Origin: Hormiphora californensis
Taxonomy: Eukaryota > Animalia > Ctenophora
Assembly (NCBI GenBank): GCA_020137815.1
Contig: CM035362.1
Span: 1,550,001-1,614,000, forward strand
Direction of reading: 5' to 3'
Length of the DNA: 64,000 nt
Below, in pieces: positions 59,401-64,000 of the stretch (position 1 is the stretch's first letter; the number at the start of each line of letters is the position of its first letter). The position numbers and the translations under genes are program-made. The notes under the pieces are model-generated. The model ran no database searches, had not been told where the DNA came from, and was given only the letters and a program-made list of their open reading frames with translations.

Positions 59401-62400
59401 ACGTGACTCCCACGTGACGAAATAAAGCACTCCTATTGGTGTTGTCCGAATTGCCCCGGTACCATTTTTTCCGACCAAAATTTTTAAATTAGTTATTTAG
59501 TTAAGTAAATGATGGTCCCTAGAGTTGAAATTTATCTTATTTGAAAGATAAAATAATGAACTTTAATGCTATATAATTTTTTTCATTGTATCTTTTTTTA
59601 AATGGGAGTGAGAACCGATTAAGTAAAAAGTTAACCATTTTGCCCCGGTTTACCCTAGATACAAAATGAAGTCTAATGCCACCACCCCGCCACCACGAAC
59701 ACACAATGGGGGTCGCTACTGTGTAATGAACATTGAACAGTCCCCAGCTGGTATTAACTTAACAAAGTTAATAACAATTATATATCAGGGACTTTCAGTA
59801 CAAGATACAAATTTAGTTTAAGATAGAGATATAGTGCCGAGGAGAGACACACGCAGACATTTTCTAAGAGTACTACTGCTACATGTGTTAATTAGGCTCC
59901 TTATTTACCGTACACCCCCTCCTCATGGCTGTCTTTCTTTTTTTCAGCCTCTCTTCTCTTCTCTTTCTCTCTTTCTTTATTTCTCTCTCTCTCTTTCTTT
60001 TTCTCTCCGTCAGTCTTTCTTTTTCTCTTTCTTTCCTTTCTAGTTCGCAGGCTGGTCTCTTTTACTATCACTCTTGTTCTATGACGTTCTCTCTTATTAT
60101 TTTACTTCTCTTTTTCGTCCAGGTTCATATTTCTTATTTCTCTCGTACCCAAAATTTTTCAAAAATTAAATCGGCCAGCAAAATAGGCCAGCAAAATAAT
60201 AAAGAACGAAACAGAGCCAAGTAGGAGAAGTATCTTGGAGAACCAAAGATATGATATATATATTGCTTCCAAAGAACACACGTCACACACAAAAGGCCCA
60301 CATGTGAAATCTAAAGAGTAGGAGAAAGCAATATTAAAATGAACGTTGAGTCGGATGGAGGTCTGTCTTTTTGTCGAAAAGGGCGTGGCATATATGGCTA
60401 ACTGCCACTATGGATTGTTCGCCAGACTTCCACAAAAACTGTCTGACTCGAAAAGAGGACATAATACCAAGGAGTGGAGTGTGGACTGTTATTTAATATT
60501 GCCTCACAACATACAGTAAAGAATTTCATGAATGACCCTGCACTCTTATCTCTACATGGTATGATTCTCAATTTTTCTTCAAGGCTGCTCCTAGCTAATT
60601 CATCATTTGTTCACTGACCCAAGGCCGGGTCAGGTATCTTAAATAGCGGAGGTTAATCATTCCTTCACTGATAAAACCTTACTGACCCCCCTTCTCACAC
60701 AATCCCACACCCTACCGATTTACTAAAGTGACCCTTCTTTCCCAGGTACGTGGCGGTATATTCTGAGTTACCAGGCTGGCCGGGTAGTTGTGGCGTGTGA
60801 GGCAAGCACCAACTTTCCATACATTTACACACGGGTAGGATTCAACCCTCATCCCCTCCCTTTCCGTAATAGCAATGAATATAGACCCATCAACGCTATA
60901 GATTTGTGCACCCGAAAGCGGATCCTCGGAGTAGTTTTAGCATCTGATTAAAAATGAAGAACCCAAATGATATATCCTCCACAGGAGCTACCGAAAGGAG
61001 CACTATTTTTAGAGCTGAAGAGTGGGACTCATGGTATAAAGACGACTATAGTTCAAGGTAATAATTAACTAATTTGTTTTCATCAATGCAAACAAGCTCT
61101 CTAGTCTCTATATACTACTCCTTGGCCTACTCCTTGGCCACGATTGGACAGACCATTAAGTTGCTCAGTAATACCTGGAACAAGGTACAGTGAATCTCCA
61201 TATTATAGCAGATAAATATCGGATAATTCATTATATTAATATTATTGATTGATGAAGCCAGAAGGATCTATCTATCTATCTACGGAGTGCCTGGGCTTGC
61301 CAACGGCAAGCCCACAGGGGACTATCGCAAAGCGATAACGCCGGCACTAGGAGAATAGCCCCCCTCCCCTCCCCCACCATCAGGAACTGCCCACAGGACA
61401 GGTTCCATTATAGGTGGCTTCGGGTTCGGGAGGGTAAACTCCTTCGAGAGTCGCAGGATATTGATTCTTCTTCCCTATGAGTCTTGGATCTTTGGCTCTC
61501 TATCCCTGCGACAGGTGGGGATGAGTTCTTCTAATCTTTCTCTTGGTTCTTGAGTTTATTTGCTTTCTCGATTAGCTTGATGGCTACCGCGGTATATATT
61601 ATATGTGTAATGTGAGACCTATCTGTCTGATTAGGATCAATTAAGTCCGATTAGGTTAGAAGGCTGAACTAGCAAGGATTTGTTCTCAGTCAACAGTTTT
61701 GTTTAGTATGTATATATTGGTGGTGGGCGGGGCGGTTCGGGGCGGGTGGAGGGTATCGCGTAGTGGGGGGAGAGAGAGAGAACGAATCTTGAACTATAGA
61801 AGGGGAGAGAGAGAGAGAGAGAGTTAATCTCATGCGAGTGAGAGAGAAATTTTGCGGGAAATTGAGAGATATAGAGATAAAATAGTTGCTGTTTTGTTCT
61901 CTTACTGTGAGAGAAGAAGAGAGGACTTAATAGAGGTTAAATGTAAAATATGGTTTAGTCGCTGGTATAATACCATGAGGTGGTTCGGGGGTTCGAGGGC
62001 AAGCCCAAAATCGCTCGTGAAACGAGAAAGGTGAGCTGTATAACAAAACAAAATGTCTTGCTATACAACTGAGGTAGGAAGGAAAATGGAATTGTTAATT
62101 AGTGCGTGATCGATATCGCGTAGTGGGGGGAGAGAGAGAGAACGAATCTTGAACTATAGAAGGGGAGAGAGAGAGAGAGAGTTAATCTCATGCGAGTGAG
62201 AGAGAAATTTTGCGGGAAATTGAGAGATATAGAGATAAAATAGTTGCTGTTTTGTTCTCTTACTGTGAGAGAAGAAGAGAGGACTTAATAGAGGTTAAAT
62301 GTAAAATATGGTTTAGTCGCTGGTATAATACCATGAGGTGGTTCGGGGGTTCGAGGGCAAGCCCAAAGCCAGAAGGATCAAGGATAACTACCTCATATTA

Positions 62401-63932
62401 TTTCCCCTCAGGGGAATTATACCGGTGCGGTCAGGAGTTCCGCTGTCTAGACGAGTGCAGTGAGGCTGTGAACGGTGCAATAAACTGCCCAGATGAGTAC
62501 GGGGAATCCCTGACTGTTTCCTTCCCATCTTGCCTCACAACCTTTTGTCCAATAGACACAACTACCGTTGCATCCGCCAAGAAACGGGTAACTATAGATA
62601 TCATGTCACGTGATGCCCATATATGGCGTGTTACATAATGCCCATATTAGGTATGTTCCCAATCCAGGTGATGTGTGGTCTACAGGAAACATTCCAATGC
62701 CAGCTGGGGCTTCTTCCACCACTCCCACGAGCACACACCTGCACGAGAGACCACGGATGGGATCCTCCTATGACCTGTTACAACAGCACTCAGGTAATGC
62801 CCATATATGGTAATGCCCATATATGGTGTGTCAGGTAATGCCCATATATGGTGTGTCATGTGATGGTCTCAGCTGGTTATGGCCTCATAATAATACGTAT
62901 GAGATCCCAGTTGTATCTAGGCTCCCAAGCTCCAAAAAGCAATACATGCCGATACTAAGAGGGGTTCATTACACCCGAAAACTTTGGGCGAGGTAGGAAG
63001 TAACCGGAAACACGCAGTAACAGCTACAATACAGGACCAATACAGAACCAATATACAGAACCAATACAAAGAACCATGACAAGTCATAACTCAACTACAA
63101 CAACCAATAAATAAATTATCTACTGACTGTGGTTCATGTGGCCCAGTGAGAGAGAGAGAGGGCCACCGAAATATATCATGACAGGGAGTTGTTCTGCCAA
63201 TACCGGGCCATTTCTAATGATGGCATTTCTCTGTCTCTTTCTCCAGCCTCCGCTTCTCTCTCTTTCTCTGATCTCTGAGTGTGTCTCGTCTCCGTTCTCT
63301 CTATACCATGACAGGCGTCAGGCGATACACACACTACACAAACATCTCTTGACAAACACTCCATGACAGAATATCACCTGGTACACCCCATTTCTGATCC
63401 CCTTCTGATCAACTACTACATATACTACTTTCGAGTACTTTTGACTACTACTGCAGCAGCTGAATGTCTCCAGCTAGATGATTTGATTGCGTAATTTTAG
63501 AAAGTGGGCGAAAGTTACAGATCATTGATCATATCAAGTTATAGATCATTGATCATATCAAGTTATAGATCATTGATCATATCAAGTTACAGATCATTGA
63601 TAATATCAAACAGCTGCTGTTGGATTGGTTACGAAGTCACCCCTTTTAATGCATACTGTGAGCCTGGAGCCATATTAACGCGGAGGGGTAATTTCATTAC
63701 CGTTGGATAAGTTGTTCTAACTTTCAAACATTTTGTTTTTACCGATCCTAAAGATGTAAAAGGAGCTGGAGGTTCTCTCTTGGAGATCAAAAGAATTTAT
63801 TTTTTTAAATCACCCTTATTCAATATTTTCAGGTATGTTTTGTCTCAGAAGAGAGAACACGGCGATTCGGGATTGTCAAGTGGAGTCTAACACCCATTGG
63901 AACTCTTGCTAGAGAATCCTGTCGTTATGGAG
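55363..63932 (+). CDS. Secreted/receptor ectodomain with Sushi and HRM (HormR)-like modules, probably an adhesion GPCR, 3' end beyond the window; exons 55363-55545, 55602-55870, (60382-60558 tentative), 60746-60834, 60985-61057, 62412-62587, 62668-62793, 63833-63932
   Basis: Signal peptide MNLFLLVITTCLGSTTVLG. Sushi-like FCPID...CGLQETFQCQLG...HTCTRDHGWDPPMTC. HRM-like CFVSEERTRRFGIVKWSLTPIGTLARESCRYG. The link between exon 2 and the 60746 exon needs a tentative exon with one extra base. Confidence 0.62.
56411..57542 (-). CDS. Pro/Ser-rich disordered protein with a C-terminal two-TM hairpin (57542-56631 + 56599-56411), nested antisense in the aGPCR-like gene intron
   Basis: ~300 codons of open frame (KTPDIPNPSSP repeats; YEN and YVEL motifs). 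The hydrophobic hairpin CYLAVFMLIAFPALTYLIFTL / ILIPVLAVGMSGGIAVICAVYLF lies in another frame, reached by a tttcag acceptor or by a 1-bp indel. Confidence 0.65.
58174..58345. mobile_element. Tc1/mariner(pogo)-type MITE
   Basis: TA-cagtcggaccccgatttacc...ggtaaattggggtccgactg-TA with internal ccccgatttaccgg repeats. Confidence 0.9.
58877..59655. mobile_element. Non-autonomous TIR DNA transposon
   Basis: gggtaaaccggggcaa / ttgccccggtttaccc ends, tagata on both flanks, and many internal accggggcaattcgaaca repeats. Confidence 0.88.
61269..62365 (-). mobile_element. ~1.1-kb non-coding retroposon with a (TAGA)n tail, structured 3' end and internal ~255-bp direct repeat
   Basis: 14-bp TSD aagccagaaggatc at 61255-61268 and 62366-62379; direct repeat 61754-62008 / 62114-62367. 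Confidence 0.8.
63519..63606. repeat. 24-bp tandem repeat x~3.7
   Basis: agatcattgatcatatcaagttat repeated. Confidence 0.85.
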
Positions 63933-64000
63933 GTGAACTAGTAACCATAAGTAACCAGTAGTAACCAATAGTAAACAATAGTAACCAGTAGTAACCAATA

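Noticed and set aside
61101-63364. Possible two-exon minus-strand micro-ORF (MECLSRDVCVVCVSPDACH|GITEQLNG...) or missing DCTN2 5' exons
   Set aside because: No resemblance to the dynamitin N-terminus; too short and unsupported to call.

Overview
Eukaryotic, microsatellite-rich animal genomic DNA with GT-AG spliced genes. The (GA)n load, nested genes and MITE families look like a ctenophore (Pleurobrachia-like); this is an inference, not verified. Most short ORFs in the supplied track are artefacts, so exons were joined by hand with splice phases checked. Genes: (1) a 14-exon polypeptide GalNAc-transferase (+, 804-17837) whose introns hold a LINE ORF1 relic, a putative (TC)n-inserted retroelement, a tRNA-Thr(AGT), and an antisense 3-exon papain/cathepsin-L-like protease with a hidden C-terminal ShKT domain. 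(2) A claudin/PMP22-superfamily four-TM gene (-, 30055-20294) with six shared 5' exons followed by three tandem paralogous 3-exon modules, each with its own stop. This constant-plus-variable architecture is the most striking item in the window. (3) An intronless PAN/ricin-like/Sushi-like type I membrane protein (+). (4) The 3' eight exons of dynactin p50/DCTN2 (-), with a 34-bp satellite and nested transposons in one intron. (5) A Sushi+HRM adhesion-GPCR-like gene (+) apparently nested in DCTN2, itself containing another antisense gene. Two intronic minisatellites are built from tandem copies of the real 3' splice site. Many MITEs have recognisable TIRs and target-site duplications. Up to three apparent single-base insertions in coding exons suggest residual assembly errors.
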